A DNA stretch of 64,000 nucleotides from Candidatus Bathyarchaeota archaeon (GCA_963828195.1 CAWHDT010000008.1:32001-96000); one strand, 5' to 3'. Positions 47,016 through 58,085 are shown, numbered from the stretch's first letter. The notes: a model not told the origin generated them from the letters alone. Numbers and translations are program-made.

Positions 47016-49288
47016 ATGAAGTTAAAAAGCCAAATAATCGTCAGCATCATCGTCTTCAGCATAGTTTTGCTGTTCATCGCCGCGTCAGTTTTAATTACGA
47101 ATCAGCAGGAAACGCAGATTAGTAAACAGGAGCAAATGGCAAGTGACGTCAACACGGGCGCAAGCAGTCTTACGTATGTTTCGAATGATTATTTTCTTTA
47201 TCAGCAAAGTTCTGAGTTGGCTTCGTGGCAAAACCAGTTTTCTTCTCTTTCGGCTGAAATTTCGAAACTAACCTCAAGCAGCTCAACTCAAACGGTTCTA
47301 ATCAGTAACGTTCAAGGGGATATGCAGCGTTTAAACGCGGTGTTCAATAGTTCCGTCTCGATTCTTCAGAGCATTCCATCTAATGCTAGTGCATCAGGTT
47401 ACCCTGCGTTTCAGACTGCTTCAAGCAGATTGAATGTGCAAGAACAAGAGCTGGCTTTTGATGCTTCTGTTTTGTCCAAGTCTTTAGCAAGTCAAGATAA
47501 CCAAGTCAAGCAAACCACCGATATTCTCATTTTTGCCCTGTTAGGTGCGTTCGGAGTGTACTTTGTGATGATTTATTATCTTGTCTTCAGACGCACATTT
47601 AGGTCAATAACAAAACTTCAAGCTGGAACAAAAATAGTCGGTTCAGGCAACCTTGACTATTCAATTGCCGCTCAAAGTAATGATGAAATTGGCGAATTAT
47701 CCAAAGACTTCAACCAGATGACAACAAACTTGAAAACTGTAACGGCGTCTAAATCTGACTTAGAAAAAGCGCAAACTTCCCTGCGTGAGAGTGAGCAGCG
47801 GTGGGCAACTACTTTGGCAAGCATCGGCGACGCCGTCATAGCAACCGATACTTCCGGCAATATTACTTTCATGAATGGAGAAGCTGAAGAACTAACTGGT
47901 TGGGCGCTGAGCGATGTTGCAGAGAAGCCTGTGAAGACGGCATTCAACATTGTTAACGAGCAGACTCGTTTGGAAGTTGAAAACCCCATAGAAAGAGTTC
48001 TCAAAGAAGGCATGGTCGTTGGCTTGGCAAACCACACAGTCCTGATTCAAAAAGACGGCTCGGAAGTGCCCATAGATGACAGTGGAGCACCGATAAAAGA
48101 CAAAGACGGCAAAACCACAGGCGTCGTGCTAATATTCAGAGACATCACTGAACGCAAAAAAGCAGAGGAAGCTACAACAAAGCGGGCTGAGCTTATCGAC
48201 CTAAGTCCTGATGCAATAATCGTGCAACAGCCGGATGGCACTATTACTTTCTGGAGTAAAGGAGCAGAGAACCTTTACGGCTGGACAAAAAACGAAGTTA
48301 CCGGGTTAGATATTCACACCCTGTTAAAGACCAAATTCCCTCAGCCACTATACGAGATTTTAAACAAGCTTAAAGAGGATGGAAAATGGTCGGGCGAAAT
48401 CACCCATATATGCAAAGACGGAAATAAGTTGGTTATGCAGAGTTTTTGGTTGGCGAAGCTTAGTGCAGACGGCAAAATTGTTGAGATTTTAGATCAAATG
48501 TAGATATTACAGAACGGATACAGATGCAGTCTCAGCTTGAGGAGTCTGCTGTTCGGGTTGAAGAGTACGCCAATCAGATGGAGGAGCTCGCCAACAAGAG
48601 AGCCGCTCAGTTGAAGGATGCTGAGCGTTTAGCAGCTATTGGCGCTACGGCAGGCATGGTTGGGCACGACATCCGCAATCCACTTCAGGCGATAACAGGC
48701 GACATTTATTTGGCTAAATCGGAGTTAGATGGCTTGCCTGACAGTGAAGAAAAGAAAGCAATTCTCGAAAGCTTGATTGAAACTGAAAAGAACATTGATT
48801 ACATCAACAAGATTGTGCAGGACCTTCAAGATTACGCCAGACCCCTGAACCCAAAGATAGAAGAAAGCGACTTGAAGCTGATCGCTGAGAGCTTGATTAC
48901 AAAGAGCAACTTACCGAAGAACATTGAGGCTAAGGTAAAAGTGCCAGATGAAGCCAGAAAAATAAATGCTGACTCTTATTACTTAAACCGAATTTTATAC
49001 AATCTGGTTACGAATTCCGTTCAAGCTATGCCGCAGGGAGGAAAATTAACGATAGAGGCGCATAAAGACGGAAAAGACACAGTCATAAAAGTCGCCGATA
49101 CTGGCGTTGGTATTCCCAAAAACATCTATGACAAGATGTTTACACTTATGTTCACCACAAAATCGAAGGGGCAAGGGTTTGGCTTGCCAGTTGTTAAACG
49201 CATGGCTGAATCGTTAGGCGGAACCGTCTCGTTTGAGAGTCAAGAAGGCAAAGGAACCACTTTCACAGTACGTTTGCCGTCAAAATAA
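47016..49288 (+). pseudogene. Membrane sensor histidine kinase (HAMP-PAS-PAS-HisKA-HATPase), split by a 1-nt deletion
   Basis: HAMP (DEIGEL...FNQM), two PAS domains, VGHDIRNPL, N/G/F boxes. Frames join as EILE-SNVDITER if one base is restored at 48492-48494. Confidence 0.88.
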
Positions 49289-49370
49289 ACATTAATCTTG
49301 AATTTTCCGTCACAAAACTGCTAAAGTATTATATTGCCGCGACATTAGCCACTAGCAAGGATTTCTCAGT

Positions 49371-50387
49371 GTGACCACACCGATGGAAAAAGAAAAAGCG
49401 AATAACTCGTTAAGCAGGATTAAGGTTACGCCGTTGGCGGCGGAAAGCTTCGGCGTCCGCAGCATGTGCACCTTAGTCCAGACACCCGATGTGACGGTGC
49501 TTTTGGATGCGGGAGTTTCGCTTTGCCCGTACCGCTTCAGCCTGCCGCCGCACCCCATCGAGTTCCAAGCAATCGCCAAGCTGCGCCAAAAAATCGCGCA
49601 AGCTGCAGATAAAGCCGAGGTTGTAACGATTAGCCACTACCATTTTGACCATCACACGCCGTCCTACGAGGATTGGGTCGTCAACTGGACAGAAGCAAAT
49701 GAAACCGCACGGCAAATTTACCGGGACAAAACCGTCCTCGCCAAGAACCCGAAGGAAAAAATCAACGCCAGCCAGAGACAACGCGCCTGGATGTTCCAAA
49801 AAACCGGGGGCAAATACGCCAAAAAACTGGAGTCGGCTGACGGAAAAACCTATAGTTACGGGGAGACGACGCTGCGTTTTTCTGAAGCTGTCGCGCATGG
49901 CTCTGAAAATTCGATGTTGGGCTGGGTGACCATGGCGGCTGTGGAGTACGAGGGCGAGCGGTTCATGTTTGCACCTGACGTTCAGGGACCAATGTCAAGT
50001 TACACGCTTGAGCTAATTTTGAAAGAGGCACCGAGTGCGATTATGTTGGGGGGACCGCCGTTTTATCTGGGAGGCTTCCGAGTTGAGGCGGCTCAGCTGG
50101 AGCATGGGCTGCGTAACCTGGAGCGAATTGTTCAGGCGGTGCCCTTGGTTGTTCTGGAGCATCATGCGCTGAGGGATGAATCGTGGAAGCAGAAAACGGC
50201 TGAGGTTTACCAGCAGGCATCCGCCTCCGGGCACAGTGTGGTGACGGCTGCAGAATACTTGGGCGTCGAGAACGTGTTCTTGGAATCCAGGCGTAAGCAG
50301 CTTTACCGTGACGCTCCGCCTTCCCAAGAGTTTAACCAATGGATTAAGACACTAAAGAACAAAAAAATCGCCAAACCCCCATTGTAA
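49371..50387 (+). CDS. MBL-fold metallo-hydrolase (UPF0282/COG2248)
   Basis: AAESFGVRSM, DAGVSL.P.R, ISHYHFDHH, DVQGP, GGPP.Y, EHH.LRD and TAAEY. Confidence 0.9.
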   Translation: MTTPMEKEKANNSLSRIKVTPLAAESFGVRSMCTLVQTPDVTVLLDAGVSLCPYRFSLPPHPIEFQAIAKLRQKIAQAADKAEVVTISHYHFDHHTPSYEDWVVNWTEANETARQIYRDKTVLAKNPKEKINASQRQRAWMFQKTGGKYAKKLESADGKTYSYGETTLRFSEAVAHGSENSMLGWVTMAAVEYEGERFMFAPDVQGPMSSYTLELILKEAPSAIMLGGPPFYLGGFRVEAAQLEHGLRNLERIVQAVPLVVLEHHALRDESWKQKTAEVYQQASASGHSVVTAAEYLGVENVFLESRRKQLYRDAPPSQEFNQWIKTLKNKKIAKPPL

Positions 50388-50492
50388 AATATCTGGATGG
50401 AAAATCCAGTCATTGACCGCCTCTTCCGACGCGGTAAAAAACCCTCATTAAGCAAAGCCTTCTCCAAAGCCCGCACCAAATCCCAAGGCGCA

Positions 50493-50693
50493 TCACGCAG
50501 ATCCTTTTTCTGTCAAGTCTGGGTAGCCGGGCTTCATCATCTTCAGAAGCGCCTGCAGTTCGAATTCGCGCTGGTCATCCTTGAAAAATTTGGCCAAATC
50601 GCTCAGCTCGTTATGGGTAAGCAATACGAATTTGTCCCAGCCAGCGCCAGGCACATTAGCCCCCTGCGGAACCTTACTACTTTTCAGCTTCAT
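50493..50693 (-). CDS. Small hypothetical protein
   Basis: 66-aa ORF downstream of the YVTN gene with an ordinary composition. No family recognised. Confidence 0.4.
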   Translation of the reverse strand: MKLKSSKVPQGANVPGAGWDKFVLLTHNELSDLAKFFKDDQREFELQALLKMMKPGYPDLTEKGSA

Positions 50694-50733
50694 TGCAAAG
50701 TTTTGCAGCTTCCAAAATAATATAGATCACGAA

Positions 50734-51870
50734 TTAATAACCCGATATCCGCTTCTTTGCAATGATAACCGCAGACAAGCCTGTGATCATAAAGATAACT
50801 AACGTAATTATTAGCAATTGGGCTGGAAATTCCGGAATTGTAGGAGATGGGGAAGCCGTTGTCGCCGTGCTTATTACCGAGACCGAATTACTGCCAAAAT
50901 TTGTGACATAGGCGTATTCTCCGTTGGGCGTTATAGCCACACCAGTAGGCTCGTTTCCAACGGTTACATTCGCCGTAACCGTATTCGCAACCGTGCTAAT
51001 CACCGAGACTGTCTTGCTCGCATAATTTGCAACGTAGGCATATGCACCGTTTGGCGTTACAGCCACTCCAACAGGAATGCTTCCAACGGTTACGTTCTCC
51101 GCAACCGTATTCGTAGCCGTGCTTATCACCGAAACCGACTTGCTACCGCTATTTGTAACGTAGGCGTATTCTCCGTTGGGCGTTATAGCCACACCGGCAG
51201 GATAGCCTCCAACAGGTACCGTCGCGGTCACCGTATTCGTAGCCGTGCTAATTACCGAGACCGAATTGCTGCCAAGATTTGCAACGTAGGCGTATGCGCC
51301 GTTGGGCGTTATAGCCACACCGCCAGGCTCGTCTTCAACGGTTACCGTCGCGGTCACCGTATTCGTAGCCGTGTTAATAACCGAAACCGACTTGCTACCG
51401 TAATTTGTGACATAGGCATATGCATCGTTGGGCGTTATAGCCACACCAACAGGCTCGTTTCCAACGGTTACCGTCGCGCTCACCGTATTCGTCGATATGT
51501 CTATCACCGAGACCGTAGTGCCGCCGCTGTTTGTTACGTAGGCGTATGCGCCGTTGGGCGTTAAAGCCAAGTCCGCCGACAAAACTGTGCAGAGACTACC
51601 GGTAGGCTTGCTTCCAACGGTTACATTCGTCGTAACCGTATTTGTAGCCGTGCTAATCACCGAGGCTGTGTTGTTCTCGTAATTTGCAACGTAAACGTAT
51701 GCACCATTGGACGTTACAGCCACACCGCCAGGCTCGCTTCCAACGGTTACCGTCGCCGCGATCGTATTCGCAGCTTGAACTGGCTGAGGCAACACTGCGA
51801 AAGCACAGAACAAGAAGATAGCGAGAAGGATACAGCCAACTCTCAAAGTCTTTGCTGTCACATGCTTCAT
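50734..51870 (-). CDS. YVTN/YncE 7-bladed beta-propeller surface protein with PEF-CTERM-like sorting signal
   Basis: Signal peptide. Seven ~42-aa repeats VTVG..P.GVA.TPNG.YAYV.N..S..VSVI.TATNTV. C-terminal PTIPEFP plus TM plus KKR. Confidence 0.9.
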   Translation of the reverse strand: MKHVTAKTLRVGCILLAIFLFCAFAVLPQPVQAANTIAATVTVGSEPGGVAVTSNGAYVYVANYENNTASVISTATNTVTTNVTVGSKPTGSLCTVLSADLALTPNGAYAYVTNSGGTTVSVIDISTNTVSATVTVGNEPVGVAITPNDAYAYVTNYGSKSVSVINTATNTVTATVTVEDEPGGVAITPNGAYAYVANLGSNSVSVISTATNTVTATVPVGGYPAGVAITPNGEYAYVTNSGSKSVSVISTATNTVAENVTVGSIPVGVAVTPNGAYAYVANYASKTVSVISTVANTVTANVTVGNEPTGVAITPNGEYAYVTNFGSNSVSVISTATTASPSPTIPEFPAQLLIITLVIFMITGLSAVIIAKKRISGY

Positions 51871-52596
51871 TCTTTCGCCTCACCATTCAAACTGTTGACT
51901 GAGGGAAAAACGGTTTTGCCTGCAGGTAGAACGAGGCGTTCCTTTCTCAATGCGTTTATGATATTTAGTATAAAAATTCTCCAAAAAAAGTATTGGGAAA
52001 GCTGGAATAAAAAGCTTTTTCTGGTTCACAATTACGAAGCTTTTTACTGGAAAATAGCAGTTGCGCGGAACTAGAGCGGCATACTTGCACACAGTTTGTT
52101 CGGGTTAGTGTCTGCCTAAACGAACATTTTCATTTCCCAATTGAGGACCGCATTTTTTGTCAGCCATGTTTAAACTACGCAAAACGGAGCAAGAACATTC
52201 ATTTTCTCCATAATAGACTTTTATTCAATCAATACAAATTGCTAAACAAGAAAATGTCAATCCAAATATTTTTTGCAACGCACTGGCGCTTATCCCAAAG
52301 TCTTGAGTTCACAGAAAAAAGTTATTTATCCAAGCCAAGTTGCTGCCAGTCGCGTCGTGCACTAGCATGAACCTGTAGTAACAGATTGCGCTTCACCGCT
52401 AATATCGTTCGAAACCTTCAGCATCAAATTTTTCTTCACTCATAAAATCACCTCATTACCTTAAAATGATGCAGTATTGGAATTTGAATCCTTGACCGCC
52501 GACTTGGTTGGTGGCCCGCACCATCAAAAAACATGGCGGGGTGTCATCCATACACTTATAAATAAATAGAAATAAACTAGAAATCAAGGTTTTTGA

Positions 52597-52921
52597 ATGA
52601 GTGAAAAACAATTAAGTGCAAATAGCAACCAAGGGATTTTGAATCATTTGAGGAAAGCACTTTTACTTCATGCGGTCTTTTTGGATGTTTTGGGAATAAT
52701 CTTAGTTCTCGTTGGATCATTGTATACGCATTATCACGGAGGTTCAATCGCTGGTGGAGATTGTATTTTGGGTAGGTATTATCATGCTAATTGTGGCTCT
52801 GATAATATTTGTGTGGAGTAGTATGAGAAAATCGAACATGCCGAAGGCTAATTCTTATTGCTGCGGGCAATGCACGTTTAAGTGCGCGCTTTTTTTAAAT
52901 AGCATTGAAAACGTATCGTAG
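52597..52921 (+). pseudogene. Small two-TM membrane protein, frameshifted
   Basis: TM1 in 52597..52821 and TM2 in the 52712..52921 frame, joinable by a 1-nt shift at ~52741. TATA (cttataaa) upstream. Confidence 0.45.
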
Positions 52922-53112
52922 CAAACATAACTTCGTATAAATGTGGAAAAAATAGAAACTTTCAACAAACTTATGTTTATTCATGCATGCAAATTGCACC
53001 TGCACTTTTTTCTGCAAAGTTTTTTAAGCAAGTTGAGTTTAAACGGCTCTCTATTGGGCAGGAATATTTAGTCTTCTTGCTCAATAAAAAAATAAACTTG
53101 AGGAAAAGAAAA

Positions 53113-55836
53113 ATGCAAATTGCTAAAAACAAAATCGTAGCTATTACGATTGCTATATTCTTAACGTTTTCAATGTCAGCTTCAATGATGCTTATACCAA
53201 ATGCTAGCGCACACAGTCCGCCTCAGAGCATGTATACCATAGCTTTCTGCAACGTTGCACCTAACCCAATTGGTCTAGGTCAATCAGTTAACATTGGCTT
53301 CTGGCTTGACATACCGGTAGTAACAGCAAACGGTGCATGGGGAGATAGATATGGTCCTTTCACAGTGCACGTTACACTCCCAGACGGAACCAATACAACA
53401 TTGGGACCATTTGCCTCCGATGATACAGGTGGAACCCACACTCAATACATACCCACCGAACTTGGCACATACACATTCCAGATGACTTTCCCAGGAGAAA
53501 CCCTGACAGGTTATACTGAAAACCCCACAGCTGTCGGCCATCCGTCCACCTCAGTGTACGTTAATGATACTCTTACACCTTCAACCAGTAATGTCGCAAC
53601 GCTTACCGTGCAGCAGGAGCCAGTACCATCTGTTCCAGTAGCTCCTCTTCCGACCAGCTACTGGCAGACCCCAATAAACGCTATGAACGTCAACAATTGG
53701 TATGTTCTCGGCGGTCCTTTTCTTAATCTCGGTGGCGGCTACAGCGCGGGCACCCCAGGCGGCAAGTACAATTACACGGGCAACTACAATCCGTACACTA
53801 CAGCGCCACTAGCCAGCCACATTATGTGGACAAAACCCGTCTCGTATGGAGGCGTGCTTGGCGGAGACTTTGGCGGAACAACAACCTACGGCAACTACTA
53901 CTCGACATCTCAGTACGAGCGTAAATACAATCCAATCGTCATTAACGGCTATATCTTCTACACTGTAACTCCGGGAAGCTCAACTACATATGCCGCCAAC
54001 ATCTGCGTAAACTTGTACAATGGACAAACAGTATGGTCTGACGATTCCACTAACTATGGCGGTGGTTCTCCAGAGCAGACTGCCCTCACTACAGCAGGCA
54101 TAGTTACACCTCTAAAATGCGGTCAATTGCTCGATTATGTATCGCCCAACCAGTTTGGAGGCATTGCATACCTATGGACAACCGGAACTCCCGCTGGAAT
54201 AGTCTCGACGGGAACTTGCCTTAACATGTTTGACGCTATGACTGGAAAATATATCTTAAGCATTGTTAACGGCACTTCACCGACGCTTGCGGTAGATTCT
54301 GGTGGAGACTTAATTGGCTACTACACCAACTCGACTGCTGGCACACAAATAATCGAAGGCCAGCTAGTCACTACTCCTCCTGGCGGCGAACTACTCGAAT
54401 GCTGGAACTCCACTCAAGACCTTCTGTACCCCGCCGGCTACAACCCTGCAACTATCGCACCAAATTGGAGTTGGAGACCTACACAAGACGGACAAATTCT
54501 GTTCTCTTCAGGAATAATGTGGGCAATACCATTAGCCACTAACTATTCAGGCAACGCGTTACCGAGTGCTCTCGCAATCTGGACCATTAACAGCGGTTAC
54601 ATTATTTTTGATTCAGAAGCTGCTGGAGAACCTCAGGGCGGATGGGGAATCTTTGCAGGCTACAGCCTAACAACGAATTCGCAGGTATGGATAGAAAATC
54701 TGACGCTAACACCGAATACTTTCGTTAGCTTAAATGACAATTGGCTTGCTGGCGACGGAGTTTGGCTAACAAATAACGATGATACAGGTGTACTTACAGG
54801 TTACAGTATGGCGACAGGAGCGCAATTGTGGACTGATACCCTGGCACCCCGCGACCCCTATGATTCCAACGGTCACAGTCAAGGAACCATCGCTGGCGAT
54901 AACTTGTATCTCTTTGAGTTCGGCGGAGACATATGGTCTATAAACATGCTAACAGGCACTATCAACTGGTACACTAATACAACCGAAATTACGGGTTCTG
55001 CGGGAGACAACACACCATATGGCGTCTGGCCTATTTGGGAACAATGCGGCGACGGCATTGCTGGCACGGGTTCAAACCAAGTTCTATTCCTTGAAGAGGG
55101 ACACGAATACAGTCCACCTTTATTCCTTGGAGCACAGCAACTTGCTTTGAACTGCACTAATGGGCAACTAATTTGGACCATAAACGCTTTTGACGTAGAT
55201 AGCGACCCTATTATGGCATATGGATACATGACAATACTTAATGCATATGACAACCAAATCTACGCTTACGGCATGGGACCAAGCAAAACAACGGTAAGCG
55301 CCCCCAGTGTCAGCGCGACACCGGCTACTCCGGTCACTATAACTGGTTCGGTTATGGATATTTCTGCGGGATCACAACAAGAAGCAGTAGCAGCAAACTT
55401 CCCGAACGGTTTACCCTGCGTATCTGACGCAAGCATGAGCCAATTCATGGAAGCCGTGTACATGCAGCAGCCAATGCCAACCAACGATACAGGCGTTCAA
55501 GTGACTTTAACAGCCGTTGATCCTAACCATAACTTAATCAATCTTGGAACAACGACGACAGACTCAAACGGCAACTACGGCTTTACATGGACTCCTCCAA
55601 CAGTTCCAGGATCTTACCAGATCATAGCGACATTCAGCGGAACCAATTCTTACTACGGATCAAGCGACTCAACCTACATGAACGTGCAAGCATCGGCAAC
55701 ACCAAACCCAACATCCGCACCAGTGAGCGGTCTGGCAACAATGTCAGCCCTAACTATCGGAATAGTTGCGGCGGTCATCGCTATAATCATTGCAATCTCC
55801 ATAGTCGGATTACTGTTACTAAGGAAGCGACCATAA
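53113..55836 (+). CDS. Surface protein with PQQ-binding-like beta-propeller repeats and C-terminal TM anchor (paralogue C)
   Basis: ATG 53113 after GAGG. Same conserved N- and C-terminal domains as paralogues A and B; ends RKRP. Confidence 0.85.
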   Translation: MQIAKNKIVAITIAIFLTFSMSASMMLIPNASAHSPPQSMYTIAFCNVAPNPIGLGQSVNIGFWLDIPVVTANGAWGDRYGPFTVHVTLPDGTNTTLGPFASDDTGGTHTQYIPTELGTYTFQMTFPGETLTGYTENPTAVGHPSTSVYVNDTLTPSTSNVATLTVQQEPVPSVPVAPLPTSYWQTPINAMNVNNWYVLGGPFLNLGGGYSAGTPGGKYNYTGNYNPYTTAPLASHIMWTKPVSYGGVLGGDFGGTTTYGNYYSTSQYERKYNPIVINGYIFYTVTPGSSTTYAANICVNLYNGQTVWSDDSTNYGGGSPEQTALTTAGIVTPLKCGQLLDYVSPNQFGGIAYLWTTGTPAGIVSTGTCLNMFDAMTGKYILSIVNGTSPTLAVDSGGDLIGYYTNSTAGTQIIEGQLVTTPPGGELLECWNSTQDLLYPAGYNPATIAPNWSWRPTQDGQILFSSGIMWAIPLATNYSGNALPSALAIWTINSGYIIFDSEAAGEPQGGWGIFAGYSLTTNSQVWIENLTLTPNTFVSLNDNWLAGDGVWLTNNDDTGVLTGYSMATGAQLWTDTLAPRDPYDSNGHSQGTIAGDNLYLFEFGGDIWSINMLTGTINWYTNTTEITGSAGDNTPYGVWPIWEQCGDGIAGTGSNQVLFLEEGHEYSPPLFLGAQQLALNCTNGQLIWTINAFDVDSDPIMAYGYMTILNAYDNQIYAYGMGPSKTTVSAPSVSATPATPVTITGSVMDISAGSQQEAVAANFPNGLPCVSDASMSQFMEAVYMQQPMPTNDTGVQVTLTAVDPNHNLINLGTTTTDSNGNYGFTWTPPTVPGSYQIIATFSGTNSYYGSSDSTYMNVQASATPNPTSAPVSGLATMSALTIGIVAAVIAIIIAISIVGLLLLRKRP

Positions 55837-56260
55837 AAATGCCAAACGAAAACAATTTCCCCTTTTTTTAGTCTAAAAAGAATTGGCGAAGAGATAGAGG
55901 CTGAGTAGGCTCTGGTTAAAATTCACGATATAAGCCATTGTGATCGTAATAGATTTTGCATTCGTTTTTTCACCAAAAAATCCAGAACCTTTACAAACCC
56001 AAATTTTTTGCGCGCCGCGGACGGTAAGACACAAAAAATACACTCAGTCACAGATTAAGACAAAAACAGACACATATGGTACAAAAAAGAAAAAATTAAT
56101 AGCGCCTTCACTTTAAGTTGAAAGTTGTTATGTTGCTCAACCGCCAAGGTACTTTTCAGAAAACCCGTTCTAACCGGAATCAACGAATTCGTAGTGGAAA
56201 GTAAAATAAACAAGCAAACAAATTATGACCGAGAAAACTTACGGGAAACGATGAAGACCT

Positions 56261-56941
56261 GTGTTGGACTTTAGTTTAGCCGCCTTTGTTGCTTCATTTG
56301 GGCTTATTGTATTGGCGGAGATGGGCGATAAAACCCAGTTCTTAGCCATGTCTTTCGCCACAAAAAACAACGCTTACAAAGTGCTCTTCGCGGTTTTCCT
56401 GGCAACCGTGGCTAACTTTGCAATCACAGTAGCAATCGGCCAACTATTAACCACAGTCGTGCCTATGGACATAATTTCGTTGGCAGCATCACTTTCCTTC
56501 ATCGGCTTTGGACTGTGGACTCTTAGAGCTGAAAAACCTAAAAACGCCGAAAAAACAGCTTCACGCTTCGGTTTGGTGGGAACGGTGTTTGTAGCGTTTT
56601 TCATCGCGGAGTTTGGAGATAAAACCCAGCTTACTACAATCAGTTTAGCCGCCCAATATGACAGTGCATTGAGCGTTTTTGTTGGTGCAGTACTCGGGAT
56701 GCTTGTGGCAGATGGAGTGGGAATCGCCGCGGGCGTTGTCCTGGGGAAACATATTCCAGAACGAGCCATCAAGTGGGTTTCAGCAATGATATTTCTTGCA
56801 TTTGGCTTAGTTGGCGTTTATGAGGTTCTTCCCTCAAAGATAGGCTTTGCATACACAGCATTAACGTTGGCTTCGCTGATTGCCCTCTGTATCTTAACAA
56901 TTATTTTCATAACCCAAAAACAGAACCGCAGAAAAAACTAA
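56261..56941 (+). CDS. TMEM165/GDT1 (UPF0016) Mn2+/Ca2+ transporter
   Basis: Two E-x-G-D-K-T motifs (AEMGDKTQ, AEFGDKTQ). Confidence 0.94.
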   Translation: MLDFSLAAFVASFGLIVLAEMGDKTQFLAMSFATKNNAYKVLFAVFLATVANFAITVAIGQLLTTVVPMDIISLAASLSFIGFGLWTLRAEKPKNAEKTASRFGLVGTVFVAFFIAEFGDKTQLTTISLAAQYDSALSVFVGAVLGMLVADGVGIAAGVVLGKHIPERAIKWVSAMIFLAFGLVGVYEVLPSKIGFAYTALTLASLIALCILTIIFITQKQNRRKN

Positions 56942-57029
56942 ACACGCACGCACCCGCCGCCTCGCACGCGAAGGTGGTTGAGAAACTTTAAATGCCTATT
57001 CAAACACATCCATTTTTTGAGGCTTTTCG

Positions 57030-57368
57030 GTGAACAAGGACAAAAATCTCACAGTTATAGCGGAATTCAGCATTATACCAGTTGGCCAAACGGGAACCAG
57101 CGTAAGCCGTTACGTGGCTGCTGCAGTTAACGCCTTAAAAAACGTGGAGGGCTTAGATTTTGAGGTAACCCCGATGGGAACCATTCTTGCGGCAAAAGAT
57201 CTTGCAACAATTTTTGAAGCTGTCCGCCAAGCACACGAAGCTATCGCTGCCATGGGAATCAAAAGAGTTTCATCTACATTGAGGATAGATGACCGCAGAG
57301 ACAAAGAGCGGAAAATGCAAGACAAAGTTAAAGCCGTACAGGCGCACTTGAAAAAAATGGATTCCTAG
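57030..57368 (+). CDS. MTH1187/YkoF-like thiamine-binding protein
   Basis: AEFSIIPVG..TSVSRYVA, TPMGT and RV...LRIDDRRDK...M..KV. Confidence 0.92.
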   Translation: MNKDKNLTVIAEFSIIPVGQTGTSVSRYVAAAVNALKNVEGLDFEVTPMGTILAAKDLATIFEAVRQAHEAIAAMGIKRVSSTLRIDDRRDKERKMQDKVKAVQAHLKKMDS

Positions 57369-57422
57369 CTAGAAAAAAGGTTTTTTAAAATGGAAAATTT
57401 AAAAGAAAACGTTTCTTTATTT

Positions 57423-57953
57423 TTATGTGATTGCGAGTTTCTTTGTTTCTTTAGGCTCTTTCTTTGGCAGGATAATTTCTAATACACCGTTGTTTAAGCT
57501 TGCTTTGGCGTCATCGGACTTTATCTTTTCGGGTAAATCGATTCTTCTGTAGAACTTTTGAGCCGTTCTTTCGCGGCGGACATAGTTTTTCTCTTTTTCT
57601 TCGTCCATTACGCTTTTTTTCGCATGAATCAGCACTGATTCTTCGCCGACTTCAATGTTTACGTCTTGCTTGCTGTAGCCGGGCAAATCCACTGTTACGC
57701 AGAAATCTTTGCCGCGGTCCTCCACGTCAACGGACGGCATCATCATCTTGAAGGGCATCATCATTGGAGAGCCCGCTCTGTTGCGCATCCAATGCCTCCA
57801 AACCGGCGGCATACCCCAGAAATCGTCGAAGCGCTCCCGCATCATGTCCATGTCGCGTTGGTACGGAGTCACTGCTTCTTCCTTCTTGACCTGCCCCGCC
57901 TTCTTTTCTTTGCCTCCATAGTAATAGTACATTTTCTTTTTTTCTTCAGACAA
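57423..57953 (-). CDS. hsp20: Small heat-shock protein Hsp20
   Basis: VDV.D, DLPG..K.DV, RRER, F.R.I.LP and A.LNNGVLEI.LPK. Confidence 0.94.
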   Translation of the reverse strand: MSEEKKKMYYYYGGKEKKAGQVKKEEAVTPYQRDMDMMRERFDDFWGMPPVWRHWMRNRAGSPMMMPFKMMMPSVDVEDRGKDFCVTVDLPGYSKQDVNIEVGEESVLIHAKKSVMDEEKEKNYVRRERTAQKFYRRIDLPEKIKSDDAKASLNNGVLEIILPKKEPKETKKLAIT

Positions 57954-58085
57954 AATTTTTCACCTTACTTAATCGAGTTCTGCAGTTGGGTATTAACTTA
58001 TGTGGCTGTGCCAAGCCAGCATCACACTTAGAAAACCAAAAGTGGGATAAAAACTGCCTGCACAGGCAGATAACGCTTCTGATGC

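Noticed and set aside
50818-51564. 248-aa repetitive plus-strand ORF
   Set aside because: Antisense shadow of the YVTN repeat gene.
52250-52444. SD plus MSEEKFDAEGFERY start on the minus strand
   Set aside because: Stops after 14 codons. It may be a decayed gene, but no family is recognisable.
52478-52525. tRNA-like fragment or att site (ggaatttgaatcc; tggtggcccgc)
   Set aside because: The T-arm does not pair, the pieces are in the wrong order, and no cloverleaf forms.
55880-56260. yybP-ykoY Mn riboswitch upstream of the GDT1 gene
   Set aside because: Only loose GAGTAG and GTAAGAC words are present; I could not build the required stems.
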